From an uncultured Candidatus Saccharibacteria bacterium (GTDB taxonomy: Bacteria > Patescibacteriota > Minisyncoccia > Phycocordibacterales > UBA5272), in the NCBI GenBank assembly GCA_964538815.1, contig CAZIHL010000001.1, positions 79,034 to 143,033 on the forward strand: 64,000 bases of DNA, written 5' to 3'. The first letter of the stretch is position 1; each line of letters opens with the position of its first letter. Position numbers and translations under genes: made by a program. Positions 9,698-20,594 of the stretch are shown in pieces. The notes beneath the pieces are model-generated. The model did no database searches. It saw only the letters and a program-made list of their open reading frames with translations, and had not been told where the DNA came from.

Positions 9698-11434
9698 ATG
9701 AATCCGAAAGATCAAATCAAACAAGCCATTTCCATACTTGATGTGGTTTCAACTTATGTTAGGCTTGAAAAATCAGGATCACAATTTAAAGGTCGTTGTC
9801 CATTTCATAATGAAAAGACTCCTAGCTTTTATGTTTCTCTTGAAAGAGGAACTTATCATTGTTTTGGCTGTAGTGAACATGGAGATATTTTTTCTTTTAT
9901 TGAAAAGATGGAAAGTGTACCATTTTATGAAGCTTTAACAATACTCGCAGAAAGGGCGGGGATAAAATTAACTCCATTTAAAAAAGAAGAAAAAGATAAA
10001 GAATCAAATCTTATAAATCTTTTACAAACATCAGTAATACATTATGAAAATAATTTAAGAGATTCTGCAGAAGCTAAAATGTATTTAGGTGAAAGAGGTT
10101 TAACACAGGAAACTATAAAAAAGTTTAATATTGGTTTTGCTGTTGGTGGTGAGGTTGGCTGGAGAAATCTTTTTATAAATTTATCAAAAGACGGTTTTTC
10201 TCCTGAAGAAATGATAGCCGCAGGAGTTGTCGTAAAAAAGGAAGGTGAAGAAAAGTTTTTTGATAGATTTAGGGGTAGGATAATGTTTCCAATTAAAAAT
10301 ACTTTTGGAAATGTTGTAGGATTTTCAGCGAGAATTTTACCAAAATACGACGATGGTAAAATGGGGAAGTATATAAATTCTCCTGAGACAGTAATTTATC
10401 ATAAAAGTAAAGTTTTATTTGGCTATGATGCTGCTAAAAAAAGTATTACAGAAAAAAAGGAAGCAATACTTGTGGAAGGGCAAATGGATCTTATAATGAG
10501 TCATCAAGTAGGAGTAGAAAATGTGATAGCAACTTCTGGGACAGCAGTTACAGAGGAACATATTAAAATTTTAAAAAGATTTGCAGATAGAGTATTACTT
10601 TCTTTTGATCAAGATACTGCTGGGGAAGCGGCTATGAAAAAATGCGCTATGCTCGCTCTTTATGGAGGACTTGATGTTTATATTATTCCAAAAAAGGATG
10701 GTGTAAAAGATACGGCTGACTTAATAAAAGATTTTGGTGGTGAAGAATGGAAAAATTTAATCTCAAAAAGAGTCCATTTAATAGAATATTTACTTTCAAA
10801 TATTTTTAAAAGTATTAGCGATGAAAGAGAAAGAGGTAAAGAAGTACGAGCTCAAATTTTGCCATTTCTAAAAGCCATTGAAAGCGATATAGATAGAGCT
10901 TATTTTATAAAATACATTGCGCAAAAATTAAATATTCAAGAAATAGATATAGTAAACGACATTAAAAAAATAAAAGTAGAAGATAATTTTGTAAAGGAAG
11001 AAAAAATAGAAACAAATAATACTGAAAATATTTCTAAGAAGATTAAATTAATTAAAGAAATATTTGCAATATTAAAATGGAAAAATATTGAAGAAGAAAA
11101 ATTTTTACATAAGTTTTTTGAAGAAGATGTAAATATAAAAGAAAATATATTAGAAGATAAAAAGAATATACCAGAAGAAATAATTGAAAAAGAAATAATA
11201 AAAATAGAAAAAGAATTTTCTAAAAATCCGAATTATAAAGAAAGTGAAAAAAAAATTATAAATGAGTTTCTTTTTGATCTTGTAAAAGCGTACAAGTTGG
11301 AAATGGTAAAAGAGAAAATAAAATTATTAGAGAGTAAGAATGAAGAAAATAAAAGCGAAGAAGACTTGAAAAATATAGTTATTTTGTATAAAAATCTTCA
11401 CAAAATAAAACAAGAAAAGTTTCTAAAAAATTAA
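9698..11434 (+). CDS. dnaG: DNA primase
   Basis: CHC2 zinc finger CPFHNEKTPSF...HCFGCSEHGD and TOPRIM region EGQMDLI. Confidence 0.9.
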   Translation: MNPKDQIKQAISILDVVSTYVRLEKSGSQFKGRCPFHNEKTPSFYVSLERGTYHCFGCSEHGDIFSFIEKMESVPFYEALTILAERAGIKLTPFKKEEKDKESNLINLLQTSVIHYENNLRDSAEAKMYLGERGLTQETIKKFNIGFAVGGEVGWRNLFINLSKDGFSPEEMIAAGVVVKKEGEEKFFDRFRGRIMFPIKNTFGNVVGFSARILPKYDDGKMGKYINSPETVIYHKSKVLFGYDAAKKSITEKKEAILVEGQMDLIMSHQVGVENVIATSGTAVTEEHIKILKRFADRVLLSFDQDTAGEAAMKKCAMLALYGGLDVYIIPKKDGVKDTADLIKDFGGEEWKNLISKRVHLIEYLLSNIFKSISDERERGKEVRAQILPFLKAIESDIDRAYFIKYIAQKLNIQEIDIVNDIKKIKVEDNFVKEEKIETNNTENISKKIKLIKEIFAILKWKNIEEEKFLHKFFEEDVNIKENILEDKKNIPEEIIEKEIIKIEKEFSKNPNYKESEKKIINEFLFDLVKAYKLEMVKEKIKLLESKNEENKSEEDLKNIVILYKNLHKIKQEKFLKN

Positions 11435-11578
11435 TTTTAAGAATAATTAACAATTTCAGGTGTATATTTGTAATATTTCTTGCTTTTTTTTGTAATCTAA
11501 TATATACTATTAAAAATTTGACAAGGGTGTGTTTATGTATGCTCAATTTAATAATTATTTAATCAGAGTAAAATTATT

Positions 11579-12991
11579 ATGAATAAAAAAATAAAAAAAA
11601 CAATTAAAAAATCTGTTAAAAAAACAATTAAAAAAACTAAACCATCTACCAAAAAAACAATTAAAAAAACTATAAATAAAAATTCGAAATCTATAAAAAA
11701 AACTACTAAAAAAGTAGTTAAGAAAAAAGTACTCAATTCTAATTCTCGGGAGTTTGTAAATTTAAAAGTTTTAACATCAAAAGAAAAATTAGAAGAAAAA
11801 AAGAAAAAAGAAATAAAAAATGCTAAAGATAAAAAAGAGAGAGCTAAAAGAATAGAAGAAAATAAAAAAAAGATAGCAAAAGAAAAAAAGAAAATAGAAA
11901 AATTTAAAACAATTAAACGTAGTAAATCAGAAGAAGAAAGATTTTTAAAAGAAACTGAAATTATAAAAAAGGGTAAAGAAAGAGGATTTATAACATACGA
12001 TGATATTATAAAAATATTTCCAGATTTAGAAAAAGATATTACATATCTAGATGAGCTTTATGAAAAGCTGGCCGTAGCTGGTGTTGATATCTTAGATGGA
12101 AGTAGTAATCTGTTAGATATAGATGAAGATTTAAACAAACTCTCTGATGGTGAAAGTAATCATGACAGCATTCAAATTTATTTAAAAGAAATAGGTCAAT
12201 ACCCTTTAATTTCTTCTGAAGAAGAAAAAGAACTTGCAAAAAGAATTGAAATGGGAGACGAAGAGGCGAAAAGTATATTAATGAAAGCAAATCTTCGCCT
12301 CGTAGTTACTTTTGCTAAAAAGTATGTTGGAAGAAGTCCAAATCTTACACTTTTAGACCTAATACAAGAAGGAAATCTTGGATTGTTTAAAGCTGTAGAA
12401 AAATATGATTTTAGTAAAGGTTTTAAATTTTCAACTTATGCTTGTTGGTGGATTCGTCAGGGTATTACTCGTGCGTTAGCTGATCAATCTCGTACTATTC
12501 GTATTCCAGTACACATGGTAGAAACTATTGCAAAGTATAAACAAGTTTTAAGAAGATTATCACAAGACCTTGGACGTGAACCTCTTGCAGAAGAAATTGC
12601 TGACGAAATGGGGATAGATGTAGAAAAGATTCATGTGATTGAAAATATCGATCAAGAAACTCTATCACTTGAAAAGCCGACAGGAGATGATGATGACAAA
12701 TCATCACTTGGAGAATTTGTTTCTGATGATAAAATCCTTTCCCCAGATCAAGAAGCAAGTAGAAGAATACTAGCAGATCAAATAAATGAAATATTAATGG
12801 ATCTTTCAGAAAAAGAAAGAAAGATTGTAGAAATGAGAAACGGGTTAGGTGTATATAATGGAGTTATGCATACACTTGAAGAAGTGGGAGAAGAATTTCA
12901 AGTAACTCGCGAAAGAATCCGCCAAATAGAAGCTAAAGTTCATGAAAAAATTCGTGACCATGAAAAAGCTTATAGATTAAAGAATTTTTAA
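11579..12991 (+). CDS. rpoD: RNA polymerase sigma-70 factor RpoD with lysine-rich N-terminal extension
   Basis: Regions 2-4 ([42 protein letters not shown]) and an N-terminal KKT[IV]KK repeat tail. Confidence 0.9.
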   Translation: MNKKIKKTIKKSVKKTIKKTKPSTKKTIKKTINKNSKSIKKTTKKVVKKKVLNSNSREFVNLKVLTSKEKLEEKKKKEIKNAKDKKERAKRIEENKKKIAKEKKKIEKFKTIKRSKSEEERFLKETEIIKKGKERGFITYDDIIKIFPDLEKDITYLDELYEKLAVAGVDILDGSSNLLDIDEDLNKLSDGESNHDSIQIYLKEIGQYPLISSEEEKELAKRIEMGDEEAKSILMKANLRLVVTFAKKYVGRSPNLTLLDLIQEGNLGLFKAVEKYDFSKGFKFSTYACWWIRQGITRALADQSRTIRIPVHMVETIAKYKQVLRRLSQDLGREPLAEEIADEMGIDVEKIHVIENIDQETLSLEKPTGDDDDKSSLGEFVSDDKILSPDQEASRRILADQINEILMDLSEKERKIVEMRNGLGVYNGVMHTLEEVGEEFQVTRERIRQIEAKVHEKIRDHEKAYRLKNF

Positions 12992-13007
12992 CCTAAAGCT
13001 ATAAAAT

Positions 13008-13032
13008 AAAAAGCACTTTTAAGTGCTTTTTA
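13008..13032. terminator. palindromic bidirectional terminator
   Basis: aaagcact-ttta-agtgcttt with A-run upstream and T-run downstream. Confidence 0.55.
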
Positions 13033-13233
13033 ATTTAAATTAGAATAATTTTTTCTTTTTTGCGATTAAAGCCGCTGTAGCTACTATAGCGCTAAGTAAG
13101 ATTATTGCTTTTTTCTTCTTCTTCATAAAATTTTTCATAAAAAATTTTTATCATTAAATAATGTATATATCTTTTTTAAGATAACACACTTTGATAAAAA
13201 AGTAAAATATGTTATATTTTAGCTAATAAATAT

Positions 13234-14247
13234 ATGTTAATAGATCATGTTGAGTTAAAAGTCAAAGCTGGAAATGGTGGTACAGGAGTGGTTAGATGGA
13301 GAAGGGAAAAACATATACCTTATGGTGGACCTGCTGGTGGTGATGGAGGAAAAGGTGGAGATGTTTATTTAAGAGTTATTCATGATATTCAAGCATTAGA
13401 TAATTACAAAAATAAAAGAGATTGGCAAGCTGAAGATGGTGAAGCAGGAAAAAAGAAAAGTATGCACGGAGGAAATGCTAAAGATTTATTTTTAAAAATC
13501 CCACTTGGTTCTAGTGTTTACAATAAGACTTACAATATTAAATACGAATGTGACAAAATAGAAGATATTTTAGTTTTGCGTGGTGGAAAAGGTGGACTAG
13601 GAAATGAAAACTTTAAAACTTCTACCAATCGCGCCCCAGAAGAATTCACAAAAGGTGAAAGGGGGGAAGATGCTATTTTTGAAATAGAATTAAAACTTAT
13701 TGCAGACGCAGGTCTCATAGGTCTTCCAAACGCAGGAAAAAGCTCATTACTCAATGCTCTTACAAATGCTAGTGCAAAGATAGGAAATTATGCTTTTACA
13801 ACCTTAGAGCCAAATTTAGGAGCGTATAAGAAATTTGTCTTAGCAGATATTCCAGGTCTTATTGAAGGGGCAAGTGAAGGGAAAGGTCTTGGATATAAAT
13901 TTTTAAAGCACATATCTCGCACAAGAATGCTATTCCATTTAATCTCTGTAGAAAATTCTGATGTAAAAGAAGCTTACAAAGTTATTCGTGAAGAATTAAA
14001 AAATTACGATAAAAAAAATAAAGAAAATAATCTTCTCTCTACAAAAGATAATGAGCTAACAAAGAAAAAAGAAATTGTAATTTTATCTAAAATAGACGAA
14101 GTAAAAGATAAAAAAGAATTAGACAAAAAAGTGAACGATTTAGCCAAAGCTTCTAAACAGAAAAAAGAAGATATAATACTACTTTCACTTTTTGATGATA
14201 AATCTGTAAAAAATTTTGAAAAGAAATTAGGAGAAATATTGAAATAA
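13234..14247 (+). CDS. obg: GTPase Obg/CgtA
   Basis: Obg-fold N-terminus GNGGTGVVRWRREKHIPYGGPAGGDGGKGGDV and G-domain GLPNAGKSSL. Confidence 0.9.
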   Translation: MLIDHVELKVKAGNGGTGVVRWRREKHIPYGGPAGGDGGKGGDVYLRVIHDIQALDNYKNKRDWQAEDGEAGKKKSMHGGNAKDLFLKIPLGSSVYNKTYNIKYECDKIEDILVLRGGKGGLGNENFKTSTNRAPEEFTKGERGEDAIFEIELKLIADAGLIGLPNAGKSSLLNALTNASAKIGNYAFTTLEPNLGAYKKFVLADIPGLIEGASEGKGLGYKFLKHISRTRMLFHLISVENSDVKEAYKVIREELKNYDKKNKENNLLSTKDNELTKKKEIVILSKIDEVKDKKELDKKVNDLAKASKQKKEDIILLSLFDDKSVKNFEKKLGEILK

Positions 14248-14288
14248 AAAAATACAAATTAAAATATAATTATTTTAATTTATATTTT

Positions 14289-15794
14289 TTATTTCGCTTT
14301 TTCTTTAATTAATTCAGTAAATAATTGTGGATTTCCAGAGCCCTTACTCTCTTTCATTGCTTGCCCTACAAAATACATTATAAGTTTATCATTTCCAAGT
14401 TTTAAAGCGTCCCACTGGTCAGGGTTATTGGTAATTACTTTTTCTACTATTTCATTTAATGCGTCTTTATCATTTTTTTGTATAAGTCCTTTCATTTCAG
14501 CTACTACTCTTGCGTCCATATCATTTTCACTCATTTCTAACATATTATCATACGGCATTTCAGTCATCATAAATAAAATTAAATCTTTTGCTCCACGACT
14601 AGAAAGTTCATTTACTAAAAGCATTTCCATAATTTGCACAAAATTTATTTTGTCTACAAAGTGTATTAATTTTTCTTTATTTTCTTTTTGTAAAATTGAA
14701 GAAACATCTACACAGATATAATTCACAGCTAGATTTATAAGTTTATTTGCTTTCTCTTTATCAAAATCGTGATTTAGAATTTCTTTTTTAACTTCATTGA
14801 AATATTTAAATAAAGTAGTGTTGTTAATCAAAAGCTCAATATAGTCTTCTTTAATATTTAAGTCTTTTAATTCTTTTCTAATATCTTCTAAATTCTCAGG
14901 AAGAATTGTTTTGATCTCTTCAAGATTAAACATTGAATGTAAATACAATTTTGGTAGATCTGGATCTGGAAAATATTTATAATCATTTGCTGTTTCTTTT
15001 TTTCTTTGCGAGACTGTTACTCTTTTATTCTCCTCAAAGCCACGAGTCTCTTGAACAATTTCATTTTCCTTTCCAGCTTCTATTAATTCAATATGTCTTA
15101 CTGCTTCAAAGCGAACAGAATCTTCAACAGACTTAAATGAATTAATATTTTTTACTTCTACTTTTGTACCATATTTGTTCTTATCTTTACTTACAGAAAG
15201 ATTTACTTCGATACGCATTTGTCCTTTACTCATTTCTGCTTCACTGGCATCAAGTATACGAAGGATTAATTGTAATTCTTTTGCAAAATTACTACATGCT
15301 TTGGCTGCAACTTCTACATCTAGAAAAGTCTCTGGCTCAGTTACTAGCTCCATTAGAGGAACTCCTGCACGATTAAAATCAATTAAAGTGTGGTTGCCTT
15401 TATCGTGAGTAGATTTGGCAGTATCTTCTTCTAAATGTATTCTGGTGAGAGGCCAAGAATTTATTTTTCCACCACTTACAATAGGGTATTTATATTGAGT
15501 TAGCTGATAAGCTTTTGGTATATCTGGATAAAAATAATGCTTTCTGTCCCATTCTGTAAAATCGGCAATATCTGAATTAATATATAATCCAATTTGTATC
15601 ATTTTTTTGATAGCTTCTTTGTTTAGAGTTGGAAGAGTTCCAGGGTGTGCCATACAGATTGAACAGACATTTTTATTTGGAGAATCTTCAAGAGGAACAT
15701 TGGCACAGCCACAGAACATTTTGCTATTTGTTTTTAGTTCTGCATGAATTTCAAGTCCTATTGTTATATAGTATTTATTTTCTTTATTTTCCAT
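14289..15794 (-). CDS. gatB: Asp/Glu-tRNA(Asn/Gln) amidotransferase subunit B
   Basis: N-terminal IGLEIHAELKTNSKMFCGC and full-length GatB similarity. Confidence 0.9.
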   Translation of the reverse strand: MENKENKYYITIGLEIHAELKTNSKMFCGCANVPLEDSPNKNVCSICMAHPGTLPTLNKEAIKKMIQIGLYINSDIADFTEWDRKHYFYPDIPKAYQLTQYKYPIVSGGKINSWPLTRIHLEEDTAKSTHDKGNHTLIDFNRAGVPLMELVTEPETFLDVEVAAKACSNFAKELQLILRILDASEAEMSKGQMRIEVNLSVSKDKNKYGTKVEVKNINSFKSVEDSVRFEAVRHIELIEAGKENEIVQETRGFEENKRVTVSQRKKETANDYKYFPDPDLPKLYLHSMFNLEEIKTILPENLEDIRKELKDLNIKEDYIELLINNTTLFKYFNEVKKEILNHDFDKEKANKLINLAVNYICVDVSSILQKENKEKLIHFVDKINFVQIMEMLLVNELSSRGAKDLILFMMTEMPYDNMLEMSENDMDARVVAEMKGLIQKNDKDALNEIVEKVITNNPDQWDALKLGNDKLIMYFVGQAMKESKGSGNPQLFTELIKEKAK

Positions 15795-15797
15795 AAA

Positions 15798-16727
15798 TTA
15801 TTTTGAGATTATAGCATTTTTATATCGCTTATTCCAGACAATTTGTCTTTTCGCATATTGCCAGATTTTATTTTGGAGAGTTTCTATCATTTCCTCATAA
15901 GAAATATCTCCTCGCAAATACATCGTCACATATTTATATTCAAGACCGAGGGAAAGTAGCCAAGCATCATCTAGATTTAATTTATCTCTTAAAAATTTTA
16001 TTTCATTTATTAAATTATTTTTTCCTTTGTCTTCAAGCCTTTTTTTGAGTCTTAAATTTATTCTTTCTCGTAATTCTTCAGATGTTTTTTCAATAAAAAC
16101 AAATTCAGGATTATATTTTATTTTTTTATTTCTTTCAGATATTTTTACTTCTTTTCCATTTTCTTTTTTTGATTCTAAAATTTCTATTATTCGTATGAGT
16201 CTTCTTTTATTATTTACTTCACTCGTATTTTCATTTTTGGTTAATTCTAAAAATTTTTCTTTATTTAGTTTTTTAATTTTATTTAACAAATCTTTTTTGT
16301 TTTCTTTTTCAAGTTTTTCGCGAAGAAGGGGGTTTGGTTCAGCATTTTTTGGCAAGCCATAAATTATTGCATCAATATACATTCCAGTCCCACCACAAAT
16401 GATTGGAGTTTTATTTTTCTTTAAAATTTCTTTTATTGCCTTATTTGCAAACTTTAAATAGTCTTTAGTAGAAAAAGTCTGATGGTTTTTCTTATAATTT
16501 TTAGAATATTTTACTGGATCAGCAATATCAAGACAATAATGAGGAATATTTTTCATTTCTTTTTTTGTGATTTTTCCAGATCCTATATCAAAGTATTTAT
16601 ATATTTGCCTTGAATCAGCAGAGACTATTTCTCCTCTTATTTTTTTAGCTAATTCTACAGCAGCATCACTTTTACCACTAGCAGTTGGGCCAATTATTAT
16701 AAATATTTTTAGTAAAGATTTTTGCAT
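15798..16727 (-). CDS. miaA: tRNA dimethylallyltransferase
   Basis: P-loop GPTASGKS, SADSRQIY motif, 309 aa. Confidence 0.9.
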   Translation of the reverse strand: MQKSLLKIFIIIGPTASGKSDAAVELAKKIRGEIVSADSRQIYKYFDIGSGKITKKEMKNIPHYCLDIADPVKYSKNYKKNHQTFSTKDYLKFANKAIKEILKKNKTPIICGGTGMYIDAIIYGLPKNAEPNPLLREKLEKENKKDLLNKIKKLNKEKFLELTKNENTSEVNNKRRLIRIIEILESKKENGKEVKISERNKKIKYNPEFVFIEKTSEELRERINLRLKKRLEDKGKNNLINEIKFLRDKLNLDDAWLLSLGLEYKYVTMYLRGDISYEEMIETLQNKIWQYAKRQIVWNKRYKNAIISK

Positions 16728-16728
16728 A

Positions 16729-17469
16729 TTAATTCTGCATTATAAGTCGTTTTATACCTTCAATATTTTCATTTTGTATATCAATACTGTTGCCAAGAAT
16801 TTGTGGCTTTTTATTTATTAGAATATCATAAACAGCTAAATCTCTAGCAAATAATTCTCTCAGAAAAGTTTTAGTATTTATCCAAATATTATCTTTATAT
16901 TTTTTATAAGGATAGTTTGCATTGTAAGCAATAGCGTCAATTCCATTTTTTCTTGCTATAAAAATCGCTCTTTCGTTATGGAATTTTTGTGAGACGATCG
17001 TGATTTTATTTTGGTTAAATACTTCACTACTACGAAGTACAGAGTCTAGGGTCCTTCTACCAGCATAATCAGAAACTATAGCATTATTATCTATATTTAA
17101 TTTTAATAAATAATTTCTCATATATTTTGGCTCATTATATGATACATCACGATTGTCTCCTGAGACTATAATATATTCTATTTTTTTATTATCTATTAAA
17201 GTCTTGACAGCCTCCATTCTAGTTGTGAAAAATAGACTAATATCACCATTACTTGTGACAGGGGAAGTGCCTAGAGCAAGACCAGTTTTATTATTTGGAA
17301 GATTTGCTAAATTAGAATAAATAAATGATTTTGAGTAGTTTGAAATATAAAAATAAACTATAACTGAAACGATAAAAAATAAGATTATTAAGAGAAGAAT
17401 AATTGATAGTATATTCTTAAAAATTTTTAAAGCTTTTTTAATTTTTATTCTTTTAAAAGCCGTGTTCAT
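16729..17469 (-). CDS. SanA/YdcF-like DUF218 membrane protein
   Basis: N-terminal TM segment followed by a DUF218-like core (SGDNRDVSYNEP...VSQKFHNERA). Confidence 0.6.
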   Translation of the reverse strand: MNTAFKRIKIKKALKIFKNILSIILLLIILFFIVSVIVYFYISNYSKSFIYSNLANLPNNKTGLALGTSPVTSNGDISLFFTTRMEAVKTLIDNKKIEYIIVSGDNRDVSYNEPKYMRNYLLKLNIDNNAIVSDYAGRRTLDSVLRSSEVFNQNKITIVSQKFHNERAIFIARKNGIDAIAYNANYPYKKYKDNIWINTKTFLRELFARDLAVYDILINKKPQILGNSIDIQNENIEGIKRLIMQN

Positions 17470-17513
17470 ATCTAAATAATAACAATTTTAAAAGCTTTTG
17501 TCATTAATTCTTG

Positions 17514-17594
17514 TGCCGAAGGTGGGACTTGAACCCACAAGCCGTGAGGCATGCGATTTTGAGTCGCACGTGTATACCATTCCACCACTTCGGC
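17514..17594 (-). tRNA. tRNA-Leu(CAA)
   Basis: Cloverleaf on the minus strand with a class II long variable arm and CAA in the anticodon loop (CTCAAAA). Confidence 0.85.
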
Positions 17595-17678
17595 GTATTT
17601 ATTCACATATCTTATCACATTTTAAAAAACTTTTCATGTTATACTAAAAAAATAGATATCTTAAATTTATATAAATTT

Positions 17679-18971
17679 ATGGCACAATTACAAAATGCAG
17701 TCTTTTGGATTGAAGTAGAAAAAATCTTACCAAATCCATATCAACCTCGTAGAGAATTTGATCAAAATAATCTAAAAGATTTAGCGGAAAGTATAAAACA
17801 ATACGGAGTTTTACAACCACTTGTTGTGACTCGTAGAGAAGATCCGCACGAAGACGGTTCTATCTCTGTCACTTATGAGCTTATTGCTGGAGAAAGACGT
17901 TTGCGTGCTTCTAAACTCGCCGGAGTAAAAGAAGTTCCATGTGTCGTGCGTGTGGGTGATGATAATAGAAGCAAGCTTGAATTAGCTATTATTGAAAATA
18001 TTCAAAGAGAAGATCTAAACTCTGTAGATCGTGCAAAATCATTTCAACAGCTTGCAGATGAATTTAAACTTTCTTGGGCAGAGATTGGAAAAAAGGTTGG
18101 TAAAAGCCGTGAATATGTTTCTAATACTGTTCGTATTTTAATGCTTCCTCAAGAGATTCTTGATGCGCTTGTAGCTGGAAAAATATCAGAAGGACATACA
18201 AGACCACTGCTAATGCTTATAGATAAGCCAGCAGAACAGATTACTCTTTTTAAAGAAATGCTAATGCGTAAAATGACGGTCCGTGAAGCAGAAGGTTTGG
18301 CTCGTAGGGTGGCTTATGAAAAGATTCGTAAAAAATCTTTAATGGCAAATCCTGAAGTTGTGGATCTTGAAGAGAGACTTGCGGAAAGTCTTGGAACAAG
18401 AGTTCATATTGAGCCAAGAGAAAAAGGAGGGAAAATTACAATTGATTACTTTTCTCACGATGAATTACTTGCACTTGCTGGGATTATGAAAAATGCTGGT
18501 AAAGAAAAATCTCATGAAGGAATGTTTGATAAGATTAAAAAAGAAATGAATCTATCATCGAGCTCACCACTCGCAGATGCTATGGTTACTCATAATATTG
18601 TCGAAGATTTAACAGAAGAAAATCATAAACATATTTTACCAATTACAAATAGTGTAAGTACATTACCAGTTATAGAAAATGTAGAAAATCATATAGGGGA
18701 ATTGATAGTAAATAATAATTCTAACTTAGAAAATAAAGAAATTGATAACACGGTTAACAAAAAAGAAAAATCTGAAAATTTAAAAATTGTAGATTATAGA
18801 GAAAATGATTTAAATAATTTAAACGATTTTGATAATATGGAAAGTGATCAAAATAATCAAAGTTCTAATTTAGAAGATTTTAAATTAGAAGATGATAGAA
18901 GTAAAGAAGAAATAAAAGAAGATGAGGAGAGGGAGAATGATTTGTATGATATAAGAAATTTTAGTTTATAG
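17679..18971 (+). CDS. parB: chromosome partitioning protein ParB/Spo0J
   Basis: ParB box LIAGERRLRASKLAG and HTH region. I moved the start to the Met at 17679 because the longer ORF overlaps the tRNA-Leu gene. Confidence 0.85.
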   Translation: MAQLQNAVFWIEVEKILPNPYQPRREFDQNNLKDLAESIKQYGVLQPLVVTRREDPHEDGSISVTYELIAGERRLRASKLAGVKEVPCVVRVGDDNRSKLELAIIENIQREDLNSVDRAKSFQQLADEFKLSWAEIGKKVGKSREYVSNTVRILMLPQEILDALVAGKISEGHTRPLLMLIDKPAEQITLFKEMLMRKMTVREAEGLARRVAYEKIRKKSLMANPEVVDLEERLAESLGTRVHIEPREKGGKITIDYFSHDELLALAGIMKNAGKEKSHEGMFDKIKKEMNLSSSSPLADAMVTHNIVEDLTEENHKHILPITNSVSTLPVIENVENHIGELIVNNNSNLENKEIDNTVNKKEKSENLKIVDYRENDLNNLNDFDNMESDQNNQSSNLEDFKLEDDRSKEEIKEDEERENDLYDIRNFSL

Positions 18972-18979
18972 AGTTTAAT

Positions 18980-19023
18980 ATTTATGGGCGGCTACCGAAG
19001 GTAGCCGCCCATAAATATTTTTT
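18980..19023. terminator. strong bidirectional terminator between convergent parB and rel
   Basis: 17-bp stem atttatgggcggctacc-GAAG-ggtagccgcccataaat flanked by A/T runs. Confidence 0.7.
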
Positions 19024-20554
19024 ACTTCACAAAGAATCTGTCAAATGTTCCACCGTGCTCTTTAATATAGTTTTTAATATGTCTTTTTGCTAGATTAGTA
19101 TAAGCATAATCCATCCATTTACGGCTAGGCTTCGCATCATCTTTTGTTATGATTTCTACTATATCTCTATCTTTTAATTTAGTATTAAGAGAAACTATTT
19201 TACCATTAACCATAGCAGAGTAGACATGATTACCAATATCAGAATGCACCGCATAAGCAAAATCTATTACGCCAGAGCCATTTGGCATTTCTATAATATC
19301 TCCTTTTGGAGTATGAATAAATAATTTTTGTTCTAAAAATCCTTCCTTAATATTTTTCAAAAAATCTTTGTTTTCTGAAGTTTCTTGAGTTTTTATCAAA
19401 TCTTTTGTCCAAGCTATTCTTTCACCAAGATTTTGAATCTTTCTTTTTTTGTGTTTGTTATTTATATTTTTACTATCTCCTGTTTCTTTATAGAACAAGT
19501 GTGAAGCAATACCGTATTCTGCTTCTTCATGCATTTGTATAGTTCTAATCTGTACTTCAAAAGTTCCTCCTGTTCCATCAAAAACAGTTGTATGAAGCGA
19601 TTGATAACCATTTGGTTTTGGTATGGCTATATAGTCTTTAAATCTTTGCGGGACAGGCTTGTAAAGACCATGTATAATACCTAAGACTTGATAGCAAGCT
19701 CCAACATCTTCAACTATTATTCTCATGGCTGCTATATCATATATTTTTTGTATATCCCAATTATGTTTTTTTAATTTTTCATACAAAGAATATAAATGCT
19801 TTAGTCTATGATCTATTTTTATAAACTTTATATTAAATATTTCTAATTCAATTTTTACTTTATCAAGTATTTTAAGTAGATAGTCTTCTTCTGAAGACTT
19901 TGTAGTATCAAACATTGTTTTTACTTTTGTATAATCTGTAGGATAAGCATAAGGAAAAGCTTTATCTTCTAATTCGCTTTTTAATTTACCCATACCAATT
20001 CTATCTGCAAGACGAGCATGTATTTCTAAAGTCTCAATAGCTATTCTTTTTGCTTTATCTTCTCTTAAATATTCAAGAGTGGAAACGTTATGAAGTCTGT
20101 CGCAAAGTTTTATAACTACAACACGAATATCTTCTGCCATAGCTATAAAAAATTTACGCATACTTTCTACATGTCTTTCTACTCCTTTATATTTAATTGT
20201 TCCAAGTTTTGTAACACCTTGTATTAAAAATAGTATGTCATGTCCAAATTCTTTTTCTATTTCTTCCTCACTTGTTTCTGTGTCTTCTAGTACATCATGA
20301 AGAAGTCCAGCCGTAATTGTGTCTACATCCATATTTTGTCTAGCAATATTTATAGCAGTATAAACTAGGTGATTAAAGTACGGTTCACCAGAGTTTCTTT
20401 GTTGACCATTGTGAGCTTTTTTTGAAAAATTAAAAGCCTTTTCTATTAGATCTTTATCATAATCATCAAAAGTATTTTCCTTTGGTACAGCTTCAAAAAT
20501 CTCTTCTAAGAGGGGAGTTTTAAATATTTTCGTTTCCTCAATAATTTTTTCCAT
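19022..20554 (-). CDS. rel: bifunctional (p)ppGpp synthetase/hydrolase (short Rel/SpoT homologue)
   Basis: HD hydrolase motif LLHDVLEDT and synthetase motif YQSLHTTV. Confidence 0.85.
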   Translation of the reverse strand: MEKIIEETKIFKTPLLEEIFEAVPKENTFDDYDKDLIEKAFNFSKKAHNGQQRNSGEPYFNHLVYTAINIARQNMDVDTITAGLLHDVLEDTETSEEEIEKEFGHDILFLIQGVTKLGTIKYKGVERHVESMRKFFIAMAEDIRVVVIKLCDRLHNVSTLEYLREDKAKRIAIETLEIHARLADRIGMGKLKSELEDKAFPYAYPTDYTKVKTMFDTTKSSEEDYLLKILDKVKIELEIFNIKFIKIDHRLKHLYSLYEKLKKHNWDIQKIYDIAAMRIIVEDVGACYQVLGIIHGLYKPVPQRFKDYIAIPKPNGYQSLHTTVFDGTGGTFEVQIRTIQMHEEAEYGIASHLFYKETGDSKNINNKHKKRKIQNLGERIAWTKDLIKTQETSENKDFLKNIKEGFLEQKLFIHTPKGDIIEMPNGSGVIDFAYAVHSDIGNHVYSAMVNGKIVSLNTKLKDRDIVEIITKDDAKPSRKWMDYAYTNLAKRHIKNYIKEHGGTFDRFFVK

Positions 20555-20594
20555 TTAATTATTGTAGCATTAATTTTTATTTTGACAAGTGTCT

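Noticed and set aside
17511-17678. N-terminal 56 codons of the annotated parB ORF
   Set aside because: They overlap the minus-strand tRNA-Leu(CAA) gene. The ParB homology begins at the Met at 17679.
17600-17700. parS sites (TGTTTCACGTGAAACA) near parB
   Set aside because: None found by eye in the parB flanks or elsewhere in the window.
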